A program made the position numbers and the translations under genes. DNA of 64,000 bases, from NCBI GenBank assembly GCA_021815365.1, contig JAKAGZ010000011.1, forward strand, positions 1,134 to 65,133, given 5' to 3'. The stretch is from Bacteroidota bacterium (lineage in GTDB: Bacteria; Bacteroidota; Ignavibacteria; Ignavibacteriales; Ignavibacteriaceae). The notes under the pieces are model-generated. The model did not search any database, was not told where the DNA came from, and saw only the letters and a program-made list of their open reading frames with translations. This document shows, in pieces, positions 1 to 9,204 of the stretch (the first letter of the stretch is position 1; every line of letters begins with the position of its first letter).

Positions 1-1
1 C

Positions 2-295
2 TGGAAGAGAATTGCAGGCAACCGGCATATTTATCCTTCGGTTGCAATTTTTAAGCTTAGCAAGTCTGAAGGTGATTGGTCAGCCAATGAAATATTATCA
101 GAGGTTGACGTGCTGAGAAAGTCTCGAACAGAAGGAACTGTTTTTTTCAGAACAGGAAACTTACTTGATAACCAAAAAAATATTTTAGAGTTAATCAGAA
201 ATAATAAATTCCAATATCCTGCAAACATTCCTTCTATGCCATGGAAGGATAATATTAAACCACTGCCTCTGACAGGACTGACATCTCAAAGGTAA
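2..295 (+). CDS. 3' end of a CDS that begins upstream of the window; hypothetical, possibly a glycoside-hydrolase-like (GHL10/DUF4015-type) protein
   Basis: The frame is open from nt 2 to TAA at 293-295 (WKRIAGNRHIYPSVAIFKLSKSEGDW...PSMPWKDNIKPLP), so the tracked ORF 110..295 is only the tail. The family guess rests on a remembered C-terminal resemblance. Confidence 0.45.
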   Translation, partial: WKRIAGNRHIYPSVAIFKLSKSEGDWSANEILSEVDVLRKSRTEGTVFFRTGNLLDNQKNILELIRNNKFQYPANIPSMPWKDNIKPLPLTGLTSQR

Positions 296-369
296 CCTCG
301 GTTAATTTGCAAAGAAGATTGAATATAATAACAATGCTTTAAAAATTTTAATCTTAAAAAGTTTTTTAA

Positions 370-465
370 TTTTTCTGAGAGGTGAAACTGTCGGGTTTTG
401 AGGGCTTAAAACCCGACAGTCTTGTGTGCCAAATTATGAGGGATGTTATGCTTAAAACTATTTTC
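370..465. repeat. Copy 1 of a ~97-nt duplicated intergenic module containing a 13-bp hairpin
   Basis: tttttctgagaggtgaaACTGTCGGGTTTTgagggcttAAAACCCGACAGTcttgtgtgccaaattatgagggatgttatgcttaaaactattttc is nearly identical to 628-726. Confidence 0.85.
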
Positions 466-627
466 TGAGTCTAAGAACACAACTATTGTGCCGATAAACT
501 TTCTTCCATTTTTTGCTAAATTAAAAGAAAATAGAAATCTTAAAATGATATTATCGGTAAAAATTACCTATCGTGGTACATTATTACGTGTAATTAAAGT
601 TCGCTAAACTAATCTAACAATTGCTGA

Positions 628-726
628 TTTTTTTGAGAGGTGAAACTGTCGGGTTTTGAGGGCTAAACCCGACAGTCTTTTTTTGTGTGCCAAATTTTGA
701 GGGATGTTATGCTTAAAACTATTTTC
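628..726. repeat. Copy 2 of the duplicated hairpin module; here the hairpin is followed by a T7 run and looks like a terminator
   Basis: Same unit as 370-465 with a few indels. The stem ACTGTCGGGTTT/AAACCCGACAGT is followed by cttttttt. Confidence 0.85.
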
Positions 727-881
727 AGTTACTTAAATACAATTTAGATGCCAGTCTATTATTGCTTAAAACAATCAATTTTGAAGGTTGAGTACAGTCT
801 CACCCTAAGAATAATTGAAATTTTTACACGAATGATACAATTGGGAGGTTAAACTTACAATTGTTTATAGCAGCAGATAAA

Positions 882-2087
882 TTATTCAGCTTTATTTAAA
901 AGTATCTTGAAAGTTGTACCTTCACCTGGTGTGGAATTTTTTACAAATATTTTTCCACCATGGTAGTCTTCAATTATTCTTCTTGATAAACTTAATCCCA
1001 ATCCCCAGCCCCTGCGTTTAGTGCTGTAGCCTGGCCTGAAAATATCTTTTCTTCTTTTCATATCTATTCCTTTGCCGTTATCAGAAATTTCAATCTCTAT
1101 AAATTTTTTAGCCTCTTTAATATTGATCTCGATTTTTCCTTTTTTATTTTCGATTGCATCAAGAGCGTTTTTTATAAGATTTTCAATTACCCATTCAAAT
1201 AATTCTGAATTTATTTCTGCACAAGCATGCTCATCGCCTGAAATTTTAAGCTCAACATTTTTACCGGTTTGAGGAAGACGCCGCTCAAAATATCCAATCA
1301 GGCTGCAAATTTCTGAATAAACAATTTTCCTTTTCATCTCGGGAGTAGCGCCAATTTTAGAGAACCTGTATGTTATCTTTCTAAGCTTCTCAACGTCATT
1401 ATCAATTTCGTCCGCAATATCAAGAACTTTGTCTTTATCTTTATAATTAATTTTAAGCATTTCAAGCCAGCCCATTAAACTTGAAATCGGTGTACCGAAC
1501 TGATGTGCTGTCTCTTTTGCCATTCCAACCCAGATGCTGCTTTGTTCACTGCTTTTAATATTGCTGAATCCTACATATCCTAGTATAATGAACAAAGCTG
1601 CAATTATTATTTGCAGATATGGATAGAATTTAAGCTGGTTAATCAGCTCGGAATCACCGTAATGGATTTTAGTTAGAACAATGGTGTCGTTATAAGTTAC
1701 AATAATAGGAAGGTGGACTTTATCCATCTCTTCAACTTTTTCTGCAAAAAATTTTTTTAGTTCTTCCCGTGAAAGTTTACTGTCGTATTTAATATTCTTT
1801 ATATCATCTTTGCTTTTAACTTCGTTATTAGCATCGGTTAAGATTAGAGGGAAGTCTATCGGTTTAATTATATTATCAAAAAGAAATGTAATATCTGCGT
1901 CTTGTGAAGTGGTATTTGCAACGTACTCGATTCCTTTCGCATATAGTTGTACGATCTGCCTTTCCTTTTCCTGGAGTTTTGATATTAAATTTTGTGTATA
2001 ATAAAGTGTGCCGCCAGCTATCAGCAGGGCAATAATCAGGAGAGTGATTTTAAATTTTAATGAAGTTGGTCCGGTGGACATCTTCAT
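882..2087 (-). CDS. Sensor histidine kinase with two TM segments, an extracytoplasmic loop, HisKA and HATPase_c; no response regulator lies adjacent
   Basis: H-box AKETAHQFGTPISS, N-box ENLIKNALDA, G-boxes DNGKGI and GWGLGLSLSRRI, and two hydrophobic segments. Confidence 0.85.
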   Translation of the reverse strand: MKMSTGPTSLKFKITLLIIALLIAGGTLYYTQNLISKLQEKERQIVQLYAKGIEYVANTTSQDADITFLFDNIIKPIDFPLILTDANNEVKSKDDIKNIKYDSKLSREELKKFFAEKVEEMDKVHLPIIVTYNDTIVLTKIHYGDSELINQLKFYPYLQIIIAALFIILGYVGFSNIKSSEQSSIWVGMAKETAHQFGTPISSLMGWLEMLKINYKDKDKVLDIADEIDNDVEKLRKITYRFSKIGATPEMKRKIVYSEICSLIGYFERRLPQTGKNVELKISGDEHACAEINSELFEWVIENLIKNALDAIENKKGKIEINIKEAKKFIEIEISDNGKGIDMKRRKDIFRPGYSTKRRGWGLGLSLSRRIIEDYHGGKIFVKNSTPGEGTTFKILLNKAE

Positions 2088-2114
2088 CAGTACAATTCCT
2101 CAAGAAGTTTTTAT

Positions 2115-3395
2115 TTACCTTACAGAAGATACATAAAAAGTTTGTTGTCTTTTAGGTCCCACCGAAATAATACTGATATTAATTCCTGATTTTTCAGTAA
2201 TAAAATTCAGGTAGTTTTTTGTTTTTTCAGGCAGATCATCGTAGCTGAGGCATCCTGAAATATCTGATTTCCAGCCGGGCAGCGATTCATAAACAGGTAT
2301 AACAGCAGATAGCCTGTCAACGTCTGTGGGATAAGATTTTAAGAGTTTACCATTCAGTTTGTAGCCGGTACATATTTTTATTTCATCAAAACCGCTGAGT
2401 ACATCAAGTTTTGTGATAGCCACCGAGTCAATTCCATTCACCATAGCAGAATATTTTACAAGCGGTGCATCAAACCAGCCGCATCTTCTTGGTCTTCCGG
2501 TCGTAGCACCATATTCTGCACCGATCTTTCGTAAATTTTCGCCTTCATCATTTAACAGTTCGGTAGGGAAGGGACCGTTTCCGACTCTTGTTGTATAGGC
2601 TTTGACAATTCCTATAACATTGTTGATTTTGGTTGGAGGTATTCCTGTTCCCGTGCAGGCACCACCTGCTGTCGGGCTTGAGGAAGTAACGAACGGGTAT
2701 GTGCCGTGGTCTACATCAAGCAAAGCTCCCTGTGCGCCTTCGAGAAGAATGGATTTCCCTTTTGAGATAGCTTCATTCAGGAAAGCCGGAACATCTTTTA
2801 TGTATTTATCAATTGCTTTATCGAATGCAAGGTATTGCTCTATAATTTCTTCTACATCCAGTCCTTTGCTGTCATATATTTTTTCGAGTAATTTATTTTT
2901 CTCTTTCAGGTTTTCCCTGATCTTCTCTTCGAGCACTTTTTTGTTTAGCAGGTCAACTATCTTTATTCCTTTGCGTGCAAACTTGTCTATATAGCAGGGG
3001 CCTATTCCTCTTCCTGTAGTGCCGATTTTATTATTGCCCTGTTCGCTGATTGAATCGAGCAGCTTGTGATATGGCATTATCAGGTGTGCATTATGACTTA
3101 TGAAAAGTCTTCCGTCAACTTTAATGTTATTTTTTTTTAGAAGAGCAATTTCATCAAGCAGTGCGGTCGGATCTATTACCACACCGTTCCCTATAACACA
3201 GATGACTTTATCTCTTAAAATTCCCGACGGTATAAGGTGTAAAATATATTGTTTGTCACCGATCGCGACTGTATGCCCGGCGTTCGCCCCGCCCTGGTAT
3301 CTTGTTACGATGTCATATTTTTCGCTGAGGATATCAACTATTTTCCCTTTGCCTTCATCACCCCATTGGCTTCCAACAAGAACTGTAACACTCAT
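2115..3395 (-). CDS. purA: Adenylosuccinate synthetase
   Basis: N-terminus VLVGSQWGDEGKGKIVD, plus GTTGRGIGPCY and GATTGRPRRCGW motifs; 426 aa. Confidence 0.95.
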   Translation of the reverse strand: MSVTVLVGSQWGDEGKGKIVDILSEKYDIVTRYQGGANAGHTVAIGDKQYILHLIPSGILRDKVICVIGNGVVIDPTALLDEIALLKKNNIKVDGRLFISHNAHLIMPYHKLLDSISEQGNNKIGTTGRGIGPCYIDKFARKGIKIVDLLNKKVLEEKIRENLKEKNKLLEKIYDSKGLDVEEIIEQYLAFDKAIDKYIKDVPAFLNEAISKGKSILLEGAQGALLDVDHGTYPFVTSSSPTAGGACTGTGIPPTKINNVIGIVKAYTTRVGNGPFPTELLNDEGENLRKIGAEYGATTGRPRRCGWFDAPLVKYSAMVNGIDSVAITKLDVLSGFDEIKICTGYKLNGKLLKSYPTDVDRLSAVIPVYESLPGWKSDISGCLSYDDLPEKTKNYLNFITEKSGINISIISVGPKRQQTFYVSSVR

Positions 3396-3420
3396 TTGTA
3401 CCTTTTAATTTTTTTTGCTG

Positions 3421-3460
3421 AACAAAATAAAAACTCCGAATCAAAAAAAATCCGGAGTTT
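3421..3460 (-). terminator. Putative rho-independent terminator downstream of the STAS gene
   Basis: On the minus strand, ACTCCG..(loop)..CGGAGT is followed by TTTTATTTTGTT. The loop is long and A/T-rich, so support is only moderate. Confidence 0.45.
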
Positions 3461-3485
3461 AAATAGCATAGAATTTTCCAGCGGG

Positions 3486-3827
3486 TTATTTTGAAAAACT
3501 CTTTAACGCCTCATCTACTGTATCATAAGATTCAAAAATGGTAATAAGCTTGGTAATAACAAGCAAGCTCTCAATTTTTTCAGTAGTGCCTGCAAGTTTA
3601 AGAACACCGTCTGATTTTTTCACAGTAGTTAAACCACTGATAAGCATTCCAAGCCCCGAACTGTTCATAAATTTTACTTCAGATAAATCCAGTACAATCT
3701 TTTTCTTTCCTTCATCGATAAGTTTGTGCAATAAGTCATTAAAATCCTTTGTATCATCGCCGCCCATCACATTGCCCTTCAGCTCAATTATAACCGCTTC
3801 GTATTTTTCAATAGTTTTTATTTTCAT
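3486..3827 (-). CDS. STAS-domain anti-sigma-factor antagonist (SpoIIAA/RsbV-like)
   Basis: 113 aa; the conserved phospho-serine motif appears as EVKFMNSSGLGML. Confidence 0.85.
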   Translation of the reverse strand: MKIKTIEKYEAVIIELKGNVMGGDDTKDFNDLLHKLIDEGKKKIVLDLSEVKFMNSSGLGMLISGLTTVKKSDGVLKLAGTTEKIESLLVITKLITIFESYDTVDEALKSFSK

Positions 3828-3981
3828 GAAAACTCCTTTTTTTTATGTTCAATTTAAGTAGAAGGCAATACTCATGCAACAGCCGGCTGACTATGTGGCT
3901 TAGCTGAATGTTGACGATTAACCGTCATCAACTGCTATAATTATTTTACGGAACAAAGTTATAAGATTTACGTCTAAAGCG

Positions 3982-4353
3982 ATGAGATTCAGAAATAAAG
4001 AAAGCGTATTGCAATATCCAAACTGTCAAGATCTGAATGATGATTATTCACTTATAAAAAGTTTTATAGATGGTGATGAATCAACTTTTACTATCCTTGT
4101 CGAAAGGCATAAGAGAAGGTGAAAAATATCATTTATATAACTACCGGAAGCGCGAACTTTGTTGATGATCTTGCTCAGGAGGTTTTTATCACCGTCTATA
4201 AAAACCTGGCACATTTTCGTTTTGAGTGCCGGTTCACAACCTGGCTTTACAGAAGAATTAAGAAAGGAAATTCAAAAACTTAAAGAAGAATTAAAGAACT
4301 ACCGGAAAGAGTGGAAGCTTAGGAAATATTATCAGTCCCACGATACTATTTAA
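3982..4353 (+). pseudogene. Degenerate ECF-type sigma-70 gene: only region 2 remains, with a frameshift and 3' truncation
   Basis: Frame A reads [27 protein letters not shown] and stops at 4120-4122. The next frame continues from 4119 as [46 protein letters not shown] (ECF regions 2.1-2.3) and stops at 4281-4283. No region-4 sequence follows. Confidence 0.7.
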
Positions 4354-4543
4354 TATTTAACAGTGTGGGATTACTTAAACCAGCTATTTCGCTGCCATCC
4401 CTGATATCTTCCGTTTATACAACTCTCCTTTACAAATTTTAGGAGCGGATTTAAGTTTAGCCAAAAATATCTAGAAAGTGTTATTTTAGAACGGAATGAT
4501 TCTGATAGATATGCTAAAATAAAGAACAGGTATTTAACATTTT

Positions 4544-6601
4544 ATGGTTCTGAATCCATTACGATTTTTCAACAAGTTCAAATTACAAACCTTTTTAGGT
4601 ATTACCGGAGTTTTGTTTTTATACAAGATTTTTTTCACCGGCTCTGATTCGGCATTGCTCAAATCAACTGGTGATGTTCTTGTTCTTTTAACAATAGCTT
4701 CTCTGGTAGTTTATTTTAGTGAATATCTGGGGAAAAGAACTATTAACCCGCTTTCACTTGTAATGAATGTTGGGATACTGAATGTTATTCTTTTTTGCCT
4801 GATTACCTTTTCAGGTTCTATATTTAACATGTTCTTTGACAATGCGGCTGAGGGAGTTAATTCTGCTGATCCGATATTTTCAGCGGCTGTGTTCGTTTAT
4901 TCATTTTTGATCCTTTCTGTCCTTTCATACATTTTCCTCGTATTTAAAGAACTTTATTTTCTTAAGCAGAAAAGGAACGTCAGCATTTACTTTAACACAA
5001 TGATTGTTTTTATTGTACTTGCTTCACTGACTTATTTTCTGAGAAACAACCCGGAGTTATCATTCATCAAAAACACTTTTTTGATAGTGAGTATTCTGCT
5101 TATAGTGATTAACTCTGTGAAAATTTCCTGGATCGCTTTCCTTGTAAAAAAAGAAAAAATTTCGCTGCTGATACTTTCTGTTGTAATTTCAATTCTGTTC
5201 ATAGTTAACCTTGCAAATAACTCCGGCTCAGGGCTGCACGAAAAAATTCTGATGAACTTTTCTCCGGCGCTCAGTCAGTTTGCAAATATAATTATGATTT
5301 ATGGTGCTATTTATTTCAGCATACTTTTCTTTACAACATTTTTTCATCTCCCGACTGCAGAAGCATTTGACAGAAAAGCACAGGAAGTTTCATCGCTTCA
5401 GTATTTCAGCAAGCTGATCACGCAGGTTCTCGATTTTAATGAACTAGCCGAAACAGTAACAGAGATTGCTGCAAAAGTCTGCAACTCGCAGGCTTCTTGG
5501 ATTGTGCTTATGGAAAACAATGAATTGAATACTGTCGCTAATAAAAATATCAGCTACATAGATGCAGAACGTATCGGCAAGTTTGTTCTCGGTCAGATAA
5601 AAGAAGATGAAAAATTTGGAACATTGATTGTAAATCTGGGAAAATCAGACGGGCTTGACAAACTTAGTGAACGATATTCCAGCATTGCCGCAGCGCCTCT
5701 TAAAGCGCATAATAAACTCAGAGGATACTTATTATCAGCAAAAAAGGGTGACCTTATTTTTGATGATGAAGATAAAAATGCACTCGATACTTTTTCAGAT
5801 TATGCATCGGTTGCGATTGAAAACTCAAGGCTGCTCGAAGAATCAATTGAAAAAGAAAGACTGGAAAAAGAGCTTGATGTTGCAAGGGAAATACAAAAGA
5901 AAATATTACCTTCAAAAAATCCGGTTTTTGAAAAGCTTGGTATTTCTTCGGTGTTTATCCCTGCGTTTGAAGTCGGGGGAGATTATTATGATTTTTTCGG
6001 TATCTCAGAAAATAAACTCGGATTTATAATTGCCGATGTTTCCGGTAAAGGCATTTCAGCCGCTTTTGTGATGGCAGAAATAAAAGGGATTTTTGAGTCT
6101 CTGACTAAAACGGCAGAAAGCCCAAAGGAAATTTTAATAAGTGCTAACCAGATCCTGAAAAAAACACTCGACAGGAAAACTTTTGTTAGTGCGATCTTTG
6201 GTTTGATTGATCTGGATAAAGAAACGCTTAAAATTTCCCGTGCCGGGCATTGCCCGATGCTGCTGCTGAGAAACGGGAGTATTAAAAATATAAGACCAGG
6301 AGGAATAGGGCTTGGTTTAACTTTCGGACGGCGTTTTAACGAGTCACTTGAGGAAGTTGAAATAAAACTTAAAGAGAATGATTCGATTGTGCTTTATACA
6401 GATGGAGTAACCGAAGCAAAGAATACTAGAATGGAAGACTTTGGGGATAAATTGTTTGAAAAAACTTTGCTTAAGTCACTTGAACATTCCCCTGATATTA
6501 TCACAAAAAATATTATCGGGGAAATAAGTGAGTTTACAAAAAAAAATTCGCAGCATGATGACATTACTCTTGTCATATTGAAATGGAAACAAAAAATTTA
6601 A
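4544..6601 (+). CDS. Membrane-bound sensory PP2C/SpoIIE phosphatase (RsbU-like): polytopic N-terminal domain, GAF-like domain, PP2C
   Basis: About 8-10 hydrophobic helices fill the first ~270 aa. The C-terminal PP2C motifs are EVGGDYYDF, IADVSGKGISAA, YTDGVTEA and HDDITLV. Confidence 0.85.
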   Translation: MVLNPLRFFNKFKLQTFLGITGVLFLYKIFFTGSDSALLKSTGDVLVLLTIASLVVYFSEYLGKRTINPLSLVMNVGILNVILFCLITFSGSIFNMFFDNAAEGVNSADPIFSAAVFVYSFLILSVLSYIFLVFKELYFLKQKRNVSIYFNTMIVFIVLASLTYFLRNNPELSFIKNTFLIVSILLIVINSVKISWIAFLVKKEKISLLILSVVISILFIVNLANNSGSGLHEKILMNFSPALSQFANIIMIYGAIYFSILFFTTFFHLPTAEAFDRKAQEVSSLQYFSKLITQVLDFNELAETVTEIAAKVCNSQASWIVLMENNELNTVANKNISYIDAERIGKFVLGQIKEDEKFGTLIVNLGKSDGLDKLSERYSSIAAAPLKAHNKLRGYLLSAKKGDLIFDDEDKNALDTFSDYASVAIENSRLLEESIEKERLEKELDVAREIQKKILPSKNPVFEKLGISSVFIPAFEVGGDYYDFFGISENKLGFIIADVSGKGISAAFVMAEIKGIFESLTKTAESPKEILISANQILKKTLDRKTFVSAIFGLIDLDKETLKISRAGHCPMLLLRNGSIKNIRPGGIGLGLTFGRRFNESLEEVEIKLKENDSIVLYTDGVTEAKNTRMEDFGDKLFEKTLLKSLEHSPDIITKNIIGEISEFTKKNSQHDDITLVILKWKQKI

Positions 6602-6620
6602 TTTTAAAGGAGAGAAACGA

Positions 6621-6974
6621 ATGGCAGAATTTAATACCTGGATTAATGAACGAAGCGGAGTAAGCGTAGTCCATTTAAAAGGTTTCCTTGATGCTCATAC
6701 TGCATCAACCCTTGAAAACACATTCTCAGATATTATAGGGAAAAACAATTTTAAAATTGTTGCAAACTTCAAAGATCTTACATACATCAGTAGTGCCGGG
6801 CTGGGTGTGTTCATGGCTTTTATCGAAAAGGTAAGGGAAAACGGAGGTGACATTAAGCTTGCTTCAATGTCTGATAAAGTTTTTAATATTTTCGATCTTC
6901 TGGGGTTCCCTTTGCTTTATGAAATATTTAAGACTGAAGACGAGGCTGTAAAAAAATTTGAAGAGATAAAATAA
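6621..6974 (+). CDS. STAS-domain anti-sigma-factor antagonist (RsbV/SpoIIAA-like)
   Basis: 117 aa; phospho-serine motif DLTYISSAGLGVF; 1 nt upstream of the kinase gene. Confidence 0.88.
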   Translation: MAEFNTWINERSGVSVVHLKGFLDAHTASTLENTFSDIIGKNNFKIVANFKDLTYISSAGLGVFMAFIEKVRENGGDIKLASMSDKVFNIFDLLGFPLLYEIFKTEDEAVKKFEEIK

Positions 6975-6975
6975 A

Positions 6976-7422
6976 TTGAAAACCTACAGTAAACATATTA
7001 AGAAAAAACTGGTGATAAAAAGCAGAACTGAAAACCTTTCTTCTATAAGAAATTTCATTTCTGAAAATGCTTTCAATGCCGGTTTGAATAACCAGGATAC
7101 AGACGATATAATTCTTGCTGTGGATGAAGCTTGTACAAATATTATCAGGCATGCTTATAAATCTGTACCCGATGGCGAAATTATGATTGAAATAGATTAC
7201 AGCACAAAGAAATTTACAGTTAGATTAATTGATTACGGAAATTCCTTTGATCCGCAGTCTGTGCCAAAACCTGATCTTCAGAAATATTTCAGACAAAAAA
7301 AAGTTGGTGGACTGGGGTTATATTTAATGAAAACTTTGATGGATGATGTTCAGTATATTTCTGTTCCCGGTAAATACAACCAGGTTATGCTTTCAAAAAA
7401 CTTAAAAAATACCGCACATTGA
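6976..7422 (+). CDS. Anti-sigma regulatory factor, a serine kinase of the RsbW/SpoIIAB type (HATPase_c); TTG start
   Basis: 148 aa; N-box-like DEACTNIIRHAY, G-box KVGGLGLYLM; abuts the flanking genes. Confidence 0.85.
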   Translation: MKTYSKHIKKKLVIKSRTENLSSIRNFISENAFNAGLNNQDTDDIILAVDEACTNIIRHAYKSVPDGEIMIEIDYSTKKFTVRLIDYGNSFDPQSVPKPDLQKYFRQKKVGGLGLYLMKTLMDDVQYISVPGKYNQVMLSKNLKNTAH

Positions 7423-9105
7423 ATGATCACAGATTCTGAGAGCCTGAAAATAAAAAGAAATTTAACTGCACTGGTAGAATTCAGCAGGATAATTAACTCC
7501 AGCCTCGATATGGATTTTATTCTGAATAATATTCTTCTTACCTGTATGGGAAAATTTCTTGCCACAAAAGGCGTTGTTGCATTAAAACAAAACGGCGAGG
7601 TAAGGATAAGAGTATCTAAAGGTCTGCCAGACGAAATAATCAAGAGCTGCCCGGTCCTAAATATCGGAAACGATTTGGCAGGGAATGATTCATTAAAACT
7701 TTTTGCAGAAAATGCTAACCTTCAGGCTTTCGAAAAGATCAACTCTTCGGATGAATGCCTCGGCGTAATGTTCCTCGGTGAGAAACTTAATAAAACCCCC
7801 TATACAGAAGACGACCGGGAATTTTTAAAAACAATCCTGAATATTTCTGCTACCGCAGTGCAAAACTCTCTCGTGGTAGATGAACTGAAAAAAGTCAACC
7901 GTGAACTGGACTCCAGAATTAATCGCCTCAATTCTCTTTTTGAATTAAGCAAAGAGTTTGGTTTGTTTTCAGAATCTACAAAGGTTGCACGGCTGCTGGT
8001 TTATTCTGTGATAGGACAATTCCTTGTTTCAAAATTTGCAGTAGTTTCTTTCGATCACGAAATAATCAGGATCCTCGAATCTAAATATCAGACTGACGAG
8101 CTTGTCTCTTTTATCAGGAAATATAATTTATCTAAAATTGAATCTCCGCTTACGAAAGTGCAAATAAAAAAATATTACTCTGATTTCGAAACTTTTGGGA
8201 TTGAATTGATAGTGCCTATGCAGCTTCAGGGTCAGACAAAAGGACTGATACTTTTAGGGAAAAGGATAAATAATATTGATTATTCCGAAGCTGATATCGA
8301 ATTTATTTATTCAGTTGGCAGCCTCGCTATTATCTCTCTCGAAAATAAAAGATTGTTTAAAGAAGAACTGGAAAAACAAAAGATGGAAGAGGAACTTGAA
8401 CTCGCAAAAGAAATCCAGAGAAATCTTTTACCGCAGGCTTTACCAAGGTTAAAAAATTTTGAAATTGCAGCAGCCAATGTTTCTTCTAAGCAAGTAGGTG
8501 GTGACTACTATGATATTATAACGCTCAACGAAAAAAGTTTTGTTACTGCAATTGCGGATGTGTCAGGCAAGGGTGTTCCTGCTGCGCTCCTGATGGCAAA
8601 TATCCAAGCCTTTTTAAAAACCATTTGCCGTAAAGAAATTAAAATTGAAGAAGCAACAGCCTTAATAAATGACCTCTTGTGTGAGAATATAACTGACGGT
8701 AAATTTATTACATTCTTTTGGGGAGTGATTAATGACGAAGACCGGAATATTCACTATGTTAATGCCGGACATAATCCGCCGCTTCTGATACGCAATGGGA
8801 AAATACAAAAATTAGAAAAAGGCGGAATGATCCTCGGGGTTATGAAAACGACAACGCCTTATTCATCAGAAAAAATTCAGCTTTTACCGGGTGATGTTTT
8901 GCTTATGTTCACAGATGGAATTACTGAAGCTATGGATAAAAATCATAATGAGTTTTCTGATGAAAGACTGGAACAATTAGCTGTGCAGCTTTATACAAAT
9001 TCGGCGCAGGAAATTTTATGTGCAATCCAGAATGAAATTCAAAATTTTACGCAAGGTGCAGTTCAATCAGATGATATTACGATGATAGTTCTGAAAGTGT
9101 TATGA
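7423..9105 (+). CDS. Cytoplasmic GAF-GAF-PP2C/SpoIIE phosphatase
   Basis: No TM segments. Two GAF-like regions are followed by QVGGDYYDI, IADVSGKGVPAA, FTDGITEA and SDDITMIV. The start abuts the kinase stop. Confidence 0.85.
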   Translation: MITDSESLKIKRNLTALVEFSRIINSSLDMDFILNNILLTCMGKFLATKGVVALKQNGEVRIRVSKGLPDEIIKSCPVLNIGNDLAGNDSLKLFAENANLQAFEKINSSDECLGVMFLGEKLNKTPYTEDDREFLKTILNISATAVQNSLVVDELKKVNRELDSRINRLNSLFELSKEFGLFSESTKVARLLVYSVIGQFLVSKFAVVSFDHEIIRILESKYQTDELVSFIRKYNLSKIESPLTKVQIKKYYSDFETFGIELIVPMQLQGQTKGLILLGKRINNIDYSEADIEFIYSVGSLAIISLENKRLFKEELEKQKMEEELELAKEIQRNLLPQALPRLKNFEIAAANVSSKQVGGDYYDIITLNEKSFVTAIADVSGKGVPAALLMANIQAFLKTICRKEIKIEEATALINDLLCENITDGKFITFFWGVINDEDRNIHYVNAGHNPPLLIRNGKIQKLEKGGMILGVMKTTTPYSSEKIQLLPGDVLLMFTDGITEAMDKNHNEFSDERLEQLAVQLYTNSAQEILCAIQNEIQNFTQGAVQSDDITMIVLKVL

Positions 9106-9204
9106 GGGCAAAGACTGTTTTGATGATTTAAAATTCTTGTGACCCTTGTTAGTAAGAATTGCAATGCGAAATAAATTAATAATTCAGACACCATTCACAA
9201 AACA

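Noticed and set aside
2413-3408. Long antisense or alternate-frame ORFs inside strongly supported genes. Examples: 2602..2994 and 3100..3408 opposite purA, 12474..12878, 38488..38886, 40978..41385, 46315..46767, 47035..47400, 57285..57806, 59109..59507
   Set aside because: Each lies fully within a gene whose product carries clear family motifs on the other strand or frame. Their translations are low-complexity with no motifs.
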